DNA of 64,000 bases from a virus. Positions 1 to 9,750 of the stretch are shown in pieces; within the stretch, counting starts at the first letter, position 1; each line of letters begins with the position of its first letter. Location of the stretch: positions 94,623 through 158,622 of the IMG/VR virus record IMGVR_UViG_3300021962_000028; one strand, written 5' to 3'. The notes below the pieces were generated by a model. The model ran no database searches and was not told where the DNA came from. It was given only the letters and a program-made list of their open reading frames with translations. The translations under genes and the position numbers were made by a program.

Positions 1-224
1 ATGACTTTCCAAACATTTTTTAACCCATTATTTTTAATATACTTAATATATTTAACATCATAATCCTCAAGATTATAAGGTTCTTTACTTCCATCATCAA
101 ATACGGTCACCAATATATTATATTGGGTATTTTTGAATATATCATCTAAAAGATTTTTTAACATCTCCTCCCGATTATAAGTTGTAATAATCACACAAAA
201 ATCGTATTTCTCTTTATCTTTCAT
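1..224 (-). CDS. Glycosyltransferase family 2, N-terminal part (runs off the window edge)
   Basis: Manual translation from ATG at 224: MKDKEKYDFCVIITTYNREEMLKNLLDDI...VTVFDDGS, the typical GT2 N-terminus. Confidence 0.8.
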   Translation of the reverse strand, partial: MKDKEKYDFCVIITTYNREEMLKNLLDDIFKNTQYNILVTVFDDGSKEPYNLEDYDVKYIKYIKNNGLKNVWKV

Positions 225-772
225 TAATGTAATATTGTAAATGTTTTTTTATCTTCACAAATTATAGATGAAGTTATGTTTTTATTTAGTTTTTCTGATA
301 AAAATATAGACATATTCTTATCATTTTCTCTATTAGTATCATCAATAATTATTGGTATGTCTGTTTTAAACATTTCATAATTATTAATAATATTAACTCT
401 GTTTTCCCCTATTGGACCGTCAATAAGTAATAAATTGTAATTGGTGGGTAATTCAGTTTTTAAAATTTCAACGTCGTACCATCCATCTACTAAAGGTGCG
501 TAGATATATTTTGAATCAGGTACTAAATCAACCCATTCAATATCGTGTTCAACACTATAAACATTATAAAATTTAACTAATTCTTTGGTACCATTACCAC
601 TACCTAATTCAAGAATAGTACTTCCTTTGGGTATGTTTTTAAAAATCCAATCAAACAGTTCTTTTGATATTGCCCAACCGCCAAATGAATCATAATTAAC
701 CTCACGTTTTAAGTCAGTGTTAGTAACTACTCTTTTTGTACCTACAACTCTTTTGTTGTTTATTCTATTCAT
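224..772 (-). CDS. Class I SAM-dependent methyltransferase
   Basis: ILELGSGNGT motif I, SVEHD, LLLIDGP. Confidence 0.75.
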   Translation of the reverse strand: MNRINNKRVVGTKRVVTNTDLKREVNYDSFGGWAISKELFDWIFKNIPKGSTILELGSGNGTKELVKFYNVYSVEHDIEWVDLVPDSKYIYAPLVDGWYDVEILKTELPTNYNLLLIDGPIGENRVNIINNYEMFKTDIPIIIDDTNRENDKNMSIFLSEKLNKNITSSIICEDKKTFTILH

Positions 773-825
773 TTAATAACATTTCTATTTATAATTATAA
801 GTATAATTATTTTTAAATCTATAAT

Positions 826-1650
826 ATGGTAAAAACAGTAGGAGTAGTTGGTAATGGTTTTGTTGGGGAAACTATTGCGTTTGCATTTAGCCCAACATCT
901 AACGTAAAAATCTATGACGTTAACCCATTGAAAACAACCCATACATTAGAAGAGGTTATGGGACAAGAATTTATTTTTGTATGTCTACCAACCCCAATGT
1001 TAAGTGATGGGTCTCAAGACATTTCATTTATTGAAGACTTCTTCGGTAGTGTAATTTATAATGAAAATACTGTTTTTATTATAAAATCAACTATACTACC
1101 AGGCACTACGGAGTCTTTAATTAAGAAGTACGGTCATAATATTGTTTTTTCACCTGAGTTTTTAACCGAGAGAACTGCTAAGTTAGATATGTTAACACAA
1201 TCAAGAATTATTTTAGGAGGTGAACCATCTTTAACTAAACGAGTTGAAGAATTATTCAATGACCGATTTATGAATAGACACATTATTCATACCGATTCTA
1301 AAACTGCTGAGTTTGTGAAATATATGAACAACACATTCTTTGCGGCAAAAGTTAGTTTGATGAACGAATATTATCGACTAAGTCAATTAATTGGTGTTAA
1401 TTGGGACGACGCACTTTATGGGTTCGCGTCCGATGGTAGAATTGGAGATTCCCACTTACACGTACCAGGTCCTGATGGTAAATTAGGGTTTGGAGGAACT
1501 TGTTTTCCAAAAGACATAAACGCACTTATCACAATGGCAAAAGAAGTGGGTTGTAATATGAATGTATTAGAGTCCGCGTGGAAAACTAATTTGGAAGTCA
1601 GACCTGAACAAGATTGGAAATCTTTAAAGGGTAGGGCGGTTTCAGAATAA
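826..1650 (+). CDS. ugd: UDP-glucose/GDP-mannose dehydrogenase family protein
   Basis: Rossmann GNGFVG, CLPTP, KSTILPGT, SPEFL, catalytic GFGGTCFPKD; no C-terminal domain. Confidence 0.85.
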   Translation: MVKTVGVVGNGFVGETIAFAFSPTSNVKIYDVNPLKTTHTLEEVMGQEFIFVCLPTPMLSDGSQDISFIEDFFGSVIYNENTVFIIKSTILPGTTESLIKKYGHNIVFSPEFLTERTAKLDMLTQSRIILGGEPSLTKRVEELFNDRFMNRHIIHTDSKTAEFVKYMNNTFFAAKVSLMNEYYRLSQLIGVNWDDALYGFASDGRIGDSHLHVPGPDGKLGFGGTCFPKDINALITMAKEVGCNMNVLESAWKTNLEVRPEQDWKSLKGRAVSE

Positions 1651-1682
1651 GGACATATTTATAAGAAAGAAAACCGTAAATT

Positions 1683-1787
1683 ATGAAAACGTATAACAAC
1701 ACAGGTCTTTTGATACAGGATAACATTATCACATCGTTATGTGGCAATGGTATAGTGACCTTACGCGGTTTAGATAAACAAAAATAA
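1683..1787 (+). CDS. Putative 34-aa leader peptide (MKTYNNTGLLIQDNIITSLCGNGIVTLRGLDKQK)
   Basis: Manual ORF downstream of ATATTTATA and upstream of a terminator; contains a sequence complementary to the terminator 5' arm. Confidence 0.45.
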   Translation: MKTYNNTGLLIQDNIITSLCGNGIVTLRGLDKQK

Positions 1788-1815
1788 GATTAGTTAAACT
1801 AAAAACGTATAAAAG

Positions 1816-1846
1816 AAAGGTCACAAGAAATTGTGACCTTTTTTTG
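1816..1846 (+). terminator. Rho-independent terminator (possible attenuator)
   Basis: AAAGGTCACAA-GAAA-TTGTGACCTTT followed by a T run. Confidence 0.8.
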
Positions 1847-1865
1847 TTTTATTAAAAAAATGTAT

Positions 1866-1873
1866 TAAATTTG
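1866..1873 (+). promoter_or_regulatory. Bacteroidota-type -7 promoter element (TAAATTTG)
   Basis: Matches TAnnTTTG, 7 nt before the HNH start codon; the same motif precedes many genes in the window. Confidence 0.6.
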
Positions 1874-1880
1874 TACAGTT

Positions 1881-2378
1881 ATGGATAGAGTATTAGTATT
1901 AAATGCGGATTACACTCCGTTAAACGTGACTTCGTCTCAAAGGGGATTCAAGTTAGTGTTTAAAGGTAAAGCGGAAGTCTTAAAGAGTTCCGATAACCCT
2001 ATCTATGCAGGATATCAAAATTTTGTTCGTCCATTAATTATACGTTTATTGAAGTATGTAAAATACCGAGTTAGAAATATTAGGGTTAACAGAAATAGAA
2101 TTTATAGACGGGATGGTGGAGAGTGTGTTTATTGTGGTTCAACAAAACAATTAACTTTGGACCACGTTATACCAAAGTCTAAAGGAGGTAAGAATACTTG
2201 GAGTAATTTGGTTACTTGTTGTCATAAGTGTAACTTATACAAAGCGGATAGAAATCCACAAGAAGCTGGTATGAATATGAGGACAAAACCGTATGAACCA
2301 AGTCTGTTCTCAGACGTATTGAATAATTCAATTGAACGTGTGTGGATTGATTATAAAAGTTCGATGGGATTTGATTAA
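1881..2378 (+). CDS. HNH endonuclease (McrA-like)
   Basis: VLVLNADY N-terminus, RDGGECVYCG, TLDHVIPKSKGG, NLVTCCHKCN. Confidence 0.9.
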   Translation: MDRVLVLNADYTPLNVTSSQRGFKLVFKGKAEVLKSSDNPIYAGYQNFVRPLIIRLLKYVKYRVRNIRVNRNRIYRRDGGECVYCGSTKQLTLDHVIPKSKGGKNTWSNLVTCCHKCNLYKADRNPQEAGMNMRTKPYEPSLFSDVLNNSIERVWIDYKSSMGFD

Positions 2379-2420
2379 TCCAAATTTATTTCGTACATTT
2401 GTACCATAGTTCTTTGAAAC

Positions 2421-2506
2421 GCTCGGGTGGTGGAATAGGTAGACACGTCAGACTTAAAATCTGATGGACCGTAAGGTCCGTGCGGGTTCGATTCCCGCCC
2501 CGAGTA
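2421..2506 (+). tRNA. tRNA-Leu (anticodon TAA)
   Basis: GCTCGGG/CCCGAGT acceptor stem, TCAGA-CTTAAAA-TCTGA anticodon arm, long variable arm, GGTTCGATTCC; no encoded CCA. Confidence 0.93.
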
Positions 2507-2720
2507 CTAAGAGTAAGGGATACTCTGAAAGTTTGGTAACGTTCTTTATAAATGTTATAGTTGTCGCCTTCCACGACTTTAGAGAGGGGGTTCGTCGGAT
2601 CCTGGACGTAACAAATCCACCGAGTATGTTTGACTTTTATGTGCGGGTAAGACCGTCTCGTGTTTTCAATAGGAAAACAGAAGAAAAATCCACTCACCGT
2701 AATCTCAGGTGGGTACTCAC

Positions 2721-2800
2721 ATCAGAGTGGTGGAATTGGTAGACACGTATGCCTTAGGAGCATATGCTACGGCGTGAGGGTTCGAGTCCCTCCTCTGATA
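2721..2800 (+). tRNA. tRNA-Leu (anticodon TAG)
   Basis: ATCAGAG/CTCTGAT acceptor stem, TATGC-CTTAGGA-GCATA anticodon arm, GGTTCGAGTCC. Confidence 0.92.
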
Positions 2801-2819
2801 CTAAATTTAAAATTTAAAT

Positions 2820-3494
2820 ATGGATAACGCAAAAGAATTTAAATCGTACTACACGAAACACTTGTATAAACCATCAAGTCATTTGGATTACTACTCAAAA
2901 CAAATTGAGAATTCTATGACTCCATACATTTTGGAAGAAAGAGAAATGAGGGCGACTCAAATCGACATCTTCTCAAGATTAATGAGAGACCGTATCTTAT
3001 GGGTCGCTGGTGAAGTTAATGATAATATGTCAACTATTGTTCAGGCTCAGTTAATGTTCTTGGATTCTGCGGACAGTACAGACATCACAATGCACATTGA
3101 TAGTCCAGGTGGGTCGGTTAAATCAGGTCTAAGTATGGTTGACGTTATGGATTACATTAAATGTGATATCCGTACAGTAAACACAGGTATGGCAGCATCA
3201 ATGGGTTCAGTATTGTTAGGTGCAGGAACAAAGGGAAAACGTTCTTCATTACGTTTCTCAAGAACAATGTTACACCAATCTTCAGGTGGGTTCCGTGGAA
3301 ATATCCAAGATGCGGAAATCGATATGAAAGAATGGAAAAAAATCAACGAGACACTATTTGAATTACTTGGTAGTTACTGTGATAAAACGGCAAAACAAGT
3401 AATGAAAGATGCAAGTCGTGACTTATGGTTATCTTCACAAGAGGCACTTAATTACGGTATCATTGATGAAATCGTAAAATCTAAGAAGGGGTAA
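2820..3494 (+). CDS. clpP: ATP-dependent Clp protease proteolytic subunit
   Basis: DIFSRLMRDRI, IDSPGGSV, GMAASMGS (catalytic Ser), MLHQ, YGIIDEI. Confidence 0.95.
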   Translation: MDNAKEFKSYYTKHLYKPSSHLDYYSKQIENSMTPYILEEREMRATQIDIFSRLMRDRILWVAGEVNDNMSTIVQAQLMFLDSADSTDITMHIDSPGGSVKSGLSMVDVMDYIKCDIRTVNTGMAASMGSVLLGAGTKGKRSSLRFSRTMLHQSSGGFRGNIQDAEIDMKEWKKINETLFELLGSYCDKTAKQVMKDASRDLWLSSQEALNYGIIDEIVKSKKG

Positions 3495-3500
3495 AATGAA

Positions 3501-3526
3501 AAAAGGAGGTCAAATGACCTCCTTTT
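3501..3526. terminator. Bidirectional terminator hairpin between convergent genes
   Basis: AAAAGGAGGTCA-AA-TGACCTCCTTTT. Confidence 0.7.
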
Positions 3527-3578
3527 CCACAGGAAAAATTACCCTCCTTTTTTTTATCTATTTATAATAAACAATCAA

Positions 3579-4268
3579 TTACGATTGAGTATCCGAGTCA
3601 GCAGGAATCAAAGAAGATTTCATAGAATCTAATTGATTACCGAATTTTTCAGACATCTTATCCACTAATGGACAAACAATACCTGAAATCTTTTCTTTAA
3701 CTTTGTCACCAAAGTCACTACTTTTAATCACGTCATATAATGAATTTCTAACAAAGTCCATAAAATCACCGCCCATACCTTTTTCATACTCTAATTGTCT
3801 TAGGTATGCCTCAGGAATAGATTCTGATATTTTTTCTGTTAAAAACTCACAATCTGAAAATAATTTAGGGACATCTTTTAAATCCGTATTACCTAAAGCG
3901 GTAATTAAGAAATTTTTAAGGAAATTGTTATCTTCAATTCCTAATTTTTCTAATATCCATCTAACTCCTTTTTCTTTAAATAATTCAACCACTGCATTAG
4001 TACTTCCACCAAATAAGTTACCTAAAACGGTGAAAACACTTTCAGCATTTTCTTTAATTAAATTACTATCAAAACCTTGTTTATGTAAGTAAATCATCTC
4101 AGAAAGAAGATTCACAAAAGTATCATCTAATTGTTTTTTAGTTTTAATCTTAGAAGATTCTGCAATCATTAAGAATCTTGTTTGAATTATCTTAGATTCA
4201 CCTAACAATCGATTTTTACTTTCTTTAGTTTCGATTAACTGTTTTCTTATATTATTTTTAAGACTCAT
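3579..4268 (-). CDS. Hypothetical helical protein with leader (IRKQLIE)
   Basis: ORF track; last gene of the minus-strand cluster. Confidence 0.7.
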   Translation of the reverse strand: MSLKNNIRKQLIETKESKNRLLGESKIIQTRFLMIAESSKIKTKKQLDDTFVNLLSEMIYLHKQGFDSNLIKENAESVFTVLGNLFGGSTNAVVELFKEKGVRWILEKLGIEDNNFLKNFLITALGNTDLKDVPKLFSDCEFLTEKISESIPEAYLRQLEYEKGMGGDFMDFVRNSLYDVIKSSDFGDKVKEKISGIVCPLVDKMSEKFGNQLDSMKSSLIPADSDTQS

Positions 4269-4285
4269 ATCTTTATATTCTTTTT

Positions 4286-5902
4286 TTATTGTAATGGTGG
4301 TTGGTCCATAGACTTCATAGAAGCAAAAGATACTTTATATCTATCTTCTAATCCTTCATCAGACAACGCACTTATTTGATTTCTATCTGTAATGATTCGT
4401 TTTCTAGCACAGTTAGCAACAACTTGTTTCATCGCTTTTAATTCACCAATTTCAAACGCTTCACAACTTGTAACACTTTCCGCTTTCTTCTTAAACAATC
4501 CTGTTTCTTGGTATTGTATACAATCTAATAATTTAGAAATTGTAGTTTTACAGAATTCTGCAGTTAACGTATTCCCTGCCATATATGCCGAAAGATTTTT
4601 ATCGATATTTGTTGTCGCGGCAGTTGTCATATTCTGACCCTTTATCACATACGCAGTGAATGGAACCGTAAACGGAGCTTTATCGAACTTAACCTCAGTA
4701 TAATTCATAATGTCTTGTTGAGGTGGGTTTGTTAAAGGATTCCAATTTGATTGATTACTTGTTTTCGCTAATTCGTTGGTTGCGGTAGTTATTGCACTTT
4801 TAAGTTGTGTAAAATTATCATTAACAACTGTAACATATCTTTGGTATTTTTCACCCATAGATGTATAAAAATCAATTAAATTTTCTAAGAAAGTCGCGTA
4901 ATATCCGAAACCATTACTTCTATATTTTGAATTAATACCTGAAATAACCGCTTCAGTGGCTTGTGTCAACTCAACAGAATTTAATCTATAATTACCTAAA
5001 ATAATTTTAAGCCCTAAATAATCATTAGTCTCTTTTACCATATCATAAGTTTCTGATTGGTCAGGTGTTAAATTAGACGCTTGATTACCTCCCATACCTA
5101 CAGGACCTACCGTGTAAGACGCTCCGTTATTATCTGTAATTGTTAAACCATTATTACAATTGTATAATAGATTAACTTTACCATTATCACCTTTAACCCC
5201 AACAGGTCTTGATACCGCTAAGTAATTACCACCCTGTCTCGGAGTTTTGGTAAAATAGATATCAACTTCAACACCTTTATTATCTTTTCCAACGGTATGG
5301 AACATTCCATAACCCTCAATTCTTTCAAATGACGTTACACAATTAGGGAAACCTGTTGCCCAATCACCTCCAGATGTTTGTTGATTAGTATTTGTACCAC
5401 CATAAGTAACTCTAACATCGTTGTCTCCATTACACGACCAAGTACCTGATGAATTATCACTTGTTGTGAATTTACCATCTTTACTGAATGTATATGTAAC
5501 ACTGTTAGCATTAACCACCCATTGTTTTTGAGTGTTTAATGAACCGCTTTGATTGTTAATATTAAGAATACATTTTTGAAAACCTTCTGCAGTACCCGCC
5601 TCAATATTACTTCTATTGGTGACATTAGAATTGTTTTGATTTTGATTTTGGTTTTGATTTTGGTTCTGATTTTGGTTCTGATTTTGGTTTTGATTTTGGT
5701 TTTGATTTTGGTTTTGATTTTGGTTAGTATTTCCTCCTTGGTCAAAAGGATTTCCCCCTTGGTCAAAAGGATTCCCCCCTTGGTCAAAAGGATTTTGTTC
5801 TACTAATACTTTACGCATACCCTCTATGTTATTTGGATTTTCATTTTCAAATAACTTATTAATGATTGAGGTTACGTTTGTTTTTTTATTTTTGTATCGC
5901 AT
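4286..5902 (-). CDS. Hypothetical protein with NPFDQGG x3 and (NQ)n low-complexity tract
   Basis: ORF track; start moved to ATG 5902, which overlaps the upstream gene end. Confidence 0.7.
   Translation of the reverse strand: MRYKNKKTNVTSIINKLFENENPNNIEGMRKVLVEQNPFDQGGNPFDQGGNPFDQGGNTNQNQNQNQNQNQNQNQNQNQNQNQNQNQNQNNSNVTNRSNIEAGTAEGFQKCILNINNQSGSLNTQKQWVVNANSVTYTFSKDGKFTTSDNSSGTWSCNGDNDVRVTYGGTNTNQQTSGGDWATGFPNCVTSFERIEGYGMFHTVGKDNKGVEVDIYFTKTPRQGGNYLAVSRPVGVKGDNGKVNLLYNCNNGLTITDNNGASYTVGPVGMGGNQASNLTPDQSETYDMVKETNDYLGLKIILGNYRLNSVELTQATEAVISGINSKYRSNGFGYYATFLENLIDFYTSMGEKYQRYVTVVNDNFTQLKSAITTATNELAKTSNQSNWNPLTNPPQQDIMNYTEVKFDKAPFTVPFTAYVIKGQNMTTAATTNIDKNLSAYMAGNTLTAEFCKTTISKLLDCIQYQETGLFKKKAESVTSCEAFEIGELKAMKQVVANCARKRIITDRNQISALSDEGLEDRYKVSFASMKSMDQPPLQ
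5635..5795 (-). repeat. Coding tandem repeats: 21-bp unit x3 (NPFDQGG) and 6-bp AAYCAR unit, about 15 copies
   Basis: Visible ttttgg/ttttga hexamers and ccttggtcaaaaggat repeats. Confidence 0.9.
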
Positions 5903-7751
5903 AAGTCCCATCAGATTGTTTTTTAAATTTAAGTTCAATTTCAACTCCTTGACTATTTTTACCTTTAGCGATAATTAAAGTCTTATCTGACCCGTCAATT
6001 TCATATGATGTCATAACATTTTTATACGTTGGGTACTGTTGGTCAAACCACGTTTTAAATTCTTGTTTGTTTGCATCACCCGTTTGATTTTGGTTTTTAT
6101 TTTGGTTTGGGTCAGGAGGTGTGCTAGATACCGTAGACATTTTATGAGGTGTTAGACTCTCACTTCCAGCACCAATCGCGGCGTCACTAGGTTCAAATTT
6201 AAAAGTTGTATAAAGTTTACCATCAACCGAAATCCCTGGGTCTAACTGTATAGTACCTTCTTTAGCGGATAATACAGTAACCTTAGGTGTTTCGGTTCTT
6301 AAACCAGCGTTTGCCGATGCGTCTTTAGCACCGAAAATTGATGTTCCGTTAATTTTTGGGTCATCATATTTTAAAAATTCACCAACTTTTTCAGTTATTT
6401 GTTCGTTTGAAAGTGGGGTTAAATCATCAATATACCCTGTAAATTTTTCTACAGTTTGTCCACTCTTCTTCCACATCCATCCGATAGCTCCCGTAAATAA
6501 AACCGCACTATGTAGACAAACTACACCAAACGCTTTCCACCATTCCTTAGTTCCCATTTCACCAAGTTGAATCACTTTTACGTAATTTTTACTTAGACCC
6601 TCAAAGAAATTTCTTGTTTGACCACCTAATTTAGTAAGTGTTGTAGGAGCTTTAAATCCTTTACTTTCCAAATACTTTTCAAATGTGGGGAATTTTTGTT
6701 TTTCTCTAAAATTTGTATATTTTTTATCGTATTCAGCCCATTGAGTTAGTAAATTCGCGGTATCTTTAATACTTGGAGAATCTAAGGTAATTAATCTAAT
6801 TTGTTCTTGAGTGAAAGCCCCTTTTTCACTTAACTGTATAAACCAAGCTGCTTCCTCTTCACTAAGTTTTGTAAAATCTTTACCTTTTAATTTGTTAAAC
6901 CATTCATTCGCACTAACCTTTAACTCAGAAGCGTTCATATTTGATATTTTCTCAGCGATTAATTCACTTGTACTTAATTCTTCAACAGTCTCTTCAGCCT
7001 CTTTTTCTCCGTTTTCAATAACATCGTTAATAATTTCGTCATTAATTTCACCTTCAATTTCACCTTCAATTTCACCTTCAATACCTTGTTCTACCGATTT
7101 ACCAAAAGGAGTTCCTCCCGCTTCCTCAACATTTTTACTAATTTTTGCAATTGCATTATCTAAATCATCGGTTAATTCTTTCTTAACAACGTCTGATAAA
7201 TCTACTTGAGATTCTACAGATTTTCTTAATTTAGTTAAATCTTCTAAAGTTTCGTTGGCAAAACCAATATATTCCGAATCAACTTTAGTTCCGAAAGATT
7301 CCATACTCGCAGCAACTTCACCTCTAACTTTTGTAAATGCGTTTGAGTTACGTACTCCAGTATTTAATATTTTTTCAATGGCTCCTGAACCTCCTGATTG
7401 TTCCAATTCTTTAAGTGCTTGTTTAACAAACGCGTTTTTAATTGTCGCTACTTCAGCTCTTTCAATTCCTTTCTCACCAATTTTCGCCAAATCTTCTAAA
7501 GTTCTAATCCCTGCCGATTCAAGTTTTTTAGATATACCTGATTCAGTATCTTTACTTAACGCCTCAATCGCTCTTTCGCCTGCTTGGGTTAAGGAGGTTT
7601 TTTCGGCAGATTCAATACCTTTTTCAGTACCTAAAAATAGTTTTTCAAGGGCACTTTCTCCGTATTTCGATAATGGAGATTCGGTTAATAATTTAATACC
7701 CATCATTTCTCTTATTCGGGATACTTCAGTAAGTAACATATTATTTTTCAT
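5886..7751 (-). CDS. Large hypothetical protein with leader, acidic linker (EGEI x3) and one hydrophobic segment
   Basis: ORF track; LLTEVSRIREMMG leader; GTATTTATA upstream. Confidence 0.75.
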   Translation of the reverse strand: MKNNMLLTEVSRIREMMGIKLLTESPLSKYGESALEKLFLGTEKGIESAEKTSLTQAGERAIEALSKDTESGISKKLESAGIRTLEDLAKIGEKGIERAEVATIKNAFVKQALKELEQSGGSGAIEKILNTGVRNSNAFTKVRGEVAASMESFGTKVDSEYIGFANETLEDLTKLRKSVESQVDLSDVVKKELTDDLDNAIAKISKNVEEAGGTPFGKSVEQGIEGEIEGEIEGEINDEIINDVIENGEKEAEETVEELSTSELIAEKISNMNASELKVSANEWFNKLKGKDFTKLSEEEAAWFIQLSEKGAFTQEQIRLITLDSPSIKDTANLLTQWAEYDKKYTNFREKQKFPTFEKYLESKGFKAPTTLTKLGGQTRNFFEGLSKNYVKVIQLGEMGTKEWWKAFGVVCLHSAVLFTGAIGWMWKKSGQTVEKFTGYIDDLTPLSNEQITEKVGEFLKYDDPKINGTSIFGAKDASANAGLRTETPKVTVLSAKEGTIQLDPGISVDGKLYTTFKFEPSDAAIGAGSESLTPHKMSTVSSTPPDPNQNKNQNQTGDANKQEFKTWFDQQYPTYKNVMTSYEIDGSDKTLIIAKGKNSQGVEIELKFKKQSDGTYAIQK

Positions 7752-7822
7752 ATCAATATTTTTTATTTATAAATACCTTAATAGGTCTAAATGTTTATTC
7801 TAATAGTTTATAATCTTTATAT

Positions 7823-9499
7823 TTAGTCAAAAGGGTTCGTCTCTGAATTTTGAGTTACAGGTGGTATTACCTGACTTTTAGACTTAGCAATTGAATCCAT
7901 AGCTTGTTGTCTCCTAATTCTATTTTTTTCAAATTCGTCAGCACTATTTTCAATATTTTGTAATTGTACTGAATAATATTCTTCAGCCGCCAACTTACTC
8001 TGTTTTACATCGGTTGACGTTTCTTCCCCAATTTTCTGAGCCGCCTCATAATTTTGTTTAATATTATCTAAATAAGTAATAGCCTCTTCTTGAGTAGGTT
8101 TACTTTCAGCCTCTTGTTTAATCTTAGTAAGTTCCTCTTGAGGCATTTCCTTACCGTAAAGTTTTTTGTAGGCAATTTTTACTCCTTCAGCACCTAATAT
8201 AATAGGTGTATCTACAGTTACTACTGCTTTACCCATTTTAACACTACCTTCTTTAATCTTAATACCAAATTTAGAAGCCTTTTGTGCAAAAGTTTTACCG
8301 ACAGTTGGATTTGTTGCGGCTTTAGCTGCATTAACCTTGTAAACTTCTTGAATAACCGTTTTAAATCCGTCGGGTTTTGTTTTTGCGGCTTTAGCAACAG
8401 TTTCATATAATTCTTGTGCGGGTTTTGACATACCTTCAAAAATCAATGGATTTGTACCATCAAACTTTCCTAAAGTTTCGACTATTTCTTTACATTCCGC
8501 TTCACCATATTTAACGGTGTTACCCAACCAACCTCTAATACCTGGTGCGTTATGTATAAGTGGTAACGCGGCAAATACAAATGACACTGTTGGGTCTAAA
8601 CCTCTGTCCATTTCATATAACCCGATACCTACGTTGAATGCTGCCTGAGTTAAGAAATCTAAACCTATCGTCACTAACTTGGCATTATTCATCACACTTA
8701 AGGCGGATGTTATTTCGGCCGATGCCGCAGTTGCAACCGCAACTCCTTCAGCTACCGCAACTCCCTCCGCAACAAAATAAGCCCCTACAATAATATCCGC
8801 AATACCTGCAGTTGCAATACCAATTAAAATTGCCCCACCAATCTGAACAATCCAACCGTATTCATCCCACCATTTATCACCAGTACTTCTTAAGTCGTCA
8901 GATGTCGGGGGTGAATAAGATACTTCTTTACCTCCTTCGGTTTTATAGTACCAAGGTTGCATAATCCAACCTCTATCATCCCTATCATTTTCGTTTTTAT
9001 AATGAATAGTCGCCCAATCGTAATTTTCGTCTTTTAATTCGATTAAGAAATGATAATTTTCGCCATTTTCGTGAGTAACTGTTGGTCCTGTTTTAAAGGA
9101 TTTAGGCCAATTCATCGCTGCAATTTCTTGCCAATACTTATTCGTCGGGAAAAATACTTTAGTCCCGTCATTCATTAATTTATACCAACCATATTTTGGG
9201 TCTTCTTTTAAACCTGGAAATAAAGTACCTGATGTGTCTGTATCTTTAAACATATCCCATTTAGTACCTTCAACTACGTCAATTTCTTGACCATTTAAAT
9301 AAGGCATTTTAATAGTAGTTCTTCTAGTCAAATAAGAACCGTCAGTGGTACCTCCAGGATTTTCTATAACACCATAGTTAGGTGCTCCTAAAACTGATTC
9401 GAGTATATTGATTTTTTTAATATTCTCGGTTAAAGTATCACCTACAGAATATTTCATTAATAATTTAATCCTATCTAAAGATTGTTCTTTATCACTCAT
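7823..9499 (-). CDS. Large hypothetical protein with Gly/Ala-rich hydrophobic helices
   Basis: ORF track; WIVQIGGAILIGIATAGIADIIVGAYFV segment. Confidence 0.75.
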   Translation of the reverse strand: MSDKEQSLDRIKLLMKYSVGDTLTENIKKINILESVLGAPNYGVIENPGGTTDGSYLTRRTTIKMPYLNGQEIDVVEGTKWDMFKDTDTSGTLFPGLKEDPKYGWYKLMNDGTKVFFPTNKYWQEIAAMNWPKSFKTGPTVTHENGENYHFLIELKDENYDWATIHYKNENDRDDRGWIMQPWYYKTEGGKEVSYSPPTSDDLRSTGDKWWDEYGWIVQIGGAILIGIATAGIADIIVGAYFVAEGVAVAEGVAVATAASAEITSALSVMNNAKLVTIGLDFLTQAAFNVGIGLYEMDRGLDPTVSFVFAALPLIHNAPGIRGWLGNTVKYGEAECKEIVETLGKFDGTNPLIFEGMSKPAQELYETVAKAAKTKPDGFKTVIQEVYKVNAAKAATNPTVGKTFAQKASKFGIKIKEGSVKMGKAVVTVDTPIILGAEGVKIAYKKLYGKEMPQEELTKIKQEAESKPTQEEAITYLDNIKQNYEAAQKIGEETSTDVKQSKLAAEEYYSVQLQNIENSADEFEKNRIRRQQAMDSIAKSKSQVIPPVTQNSETNPFD

Positions 9500-9510
9500 A
9501 CTTTTAAATA

Positions 9511-9750
9511 TTACGTTAATTGATTTGCAGGACCATCTCTTTTAACCCTATCAGGTCTTTTCTCATTTGAAATCGGGTTTGCAGGACCTCTTGTTAGTTT
9601 AGAACCAACAATTCCTGACCAAGTTGTAACGTTACTTCCACCACCAGTTGACCCTCCAGCAGGAGCGTCTTCCTCCTCAATTTCGGTCTTATCATTTGAT
9701 GTGGTGTATTTTTCCATCAAACGTATTAAATAATCAACGTCTATCCTCAT
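9511..9750 (-). CDS. Small hypothetical protein with two GPAN motifs
   Basis: ORF track; ATATTTATA upstream. Confidence 0.65.
   Translation of the reverse strand: MRIDVDYLIRLMEKYTTSNDKTEIEEEDAPAGGSTGGGSNVTTWSGIVGSKLTRGPANPISNEKRPDRVKRDGPANQLT

Noticed and set aside
1881-2378. HNH as an intron-encoded homing endonuclease
   Set aside because: Free-standing gene with its own promoter motif and no interrupted flanking gene
2386-2742. ORFs 2386-2697 (-) and 2464-2742 (+)
   Set aside because: They overlap two clear tRNA genes and have no protein-like features
2820-3494. ClpP as the prohead protease that cleaves the leaders
   Set aside because: It looks like ordinary cellular-type ClpP in a host-promoter context with no neighbouring head genes; not strictly excluded
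5635-5795. Possible CRISPR array (also repeats at 28556 and 52491)
   Set aside because: Head-to-tail in-frame coding repeats with no unique spacers and no cas genes
5536-5806. ORFs with (KIKT)n and (ILVL)n repeats
   Set aside because: Alternative-frame readings of the NQ hexamer repeat
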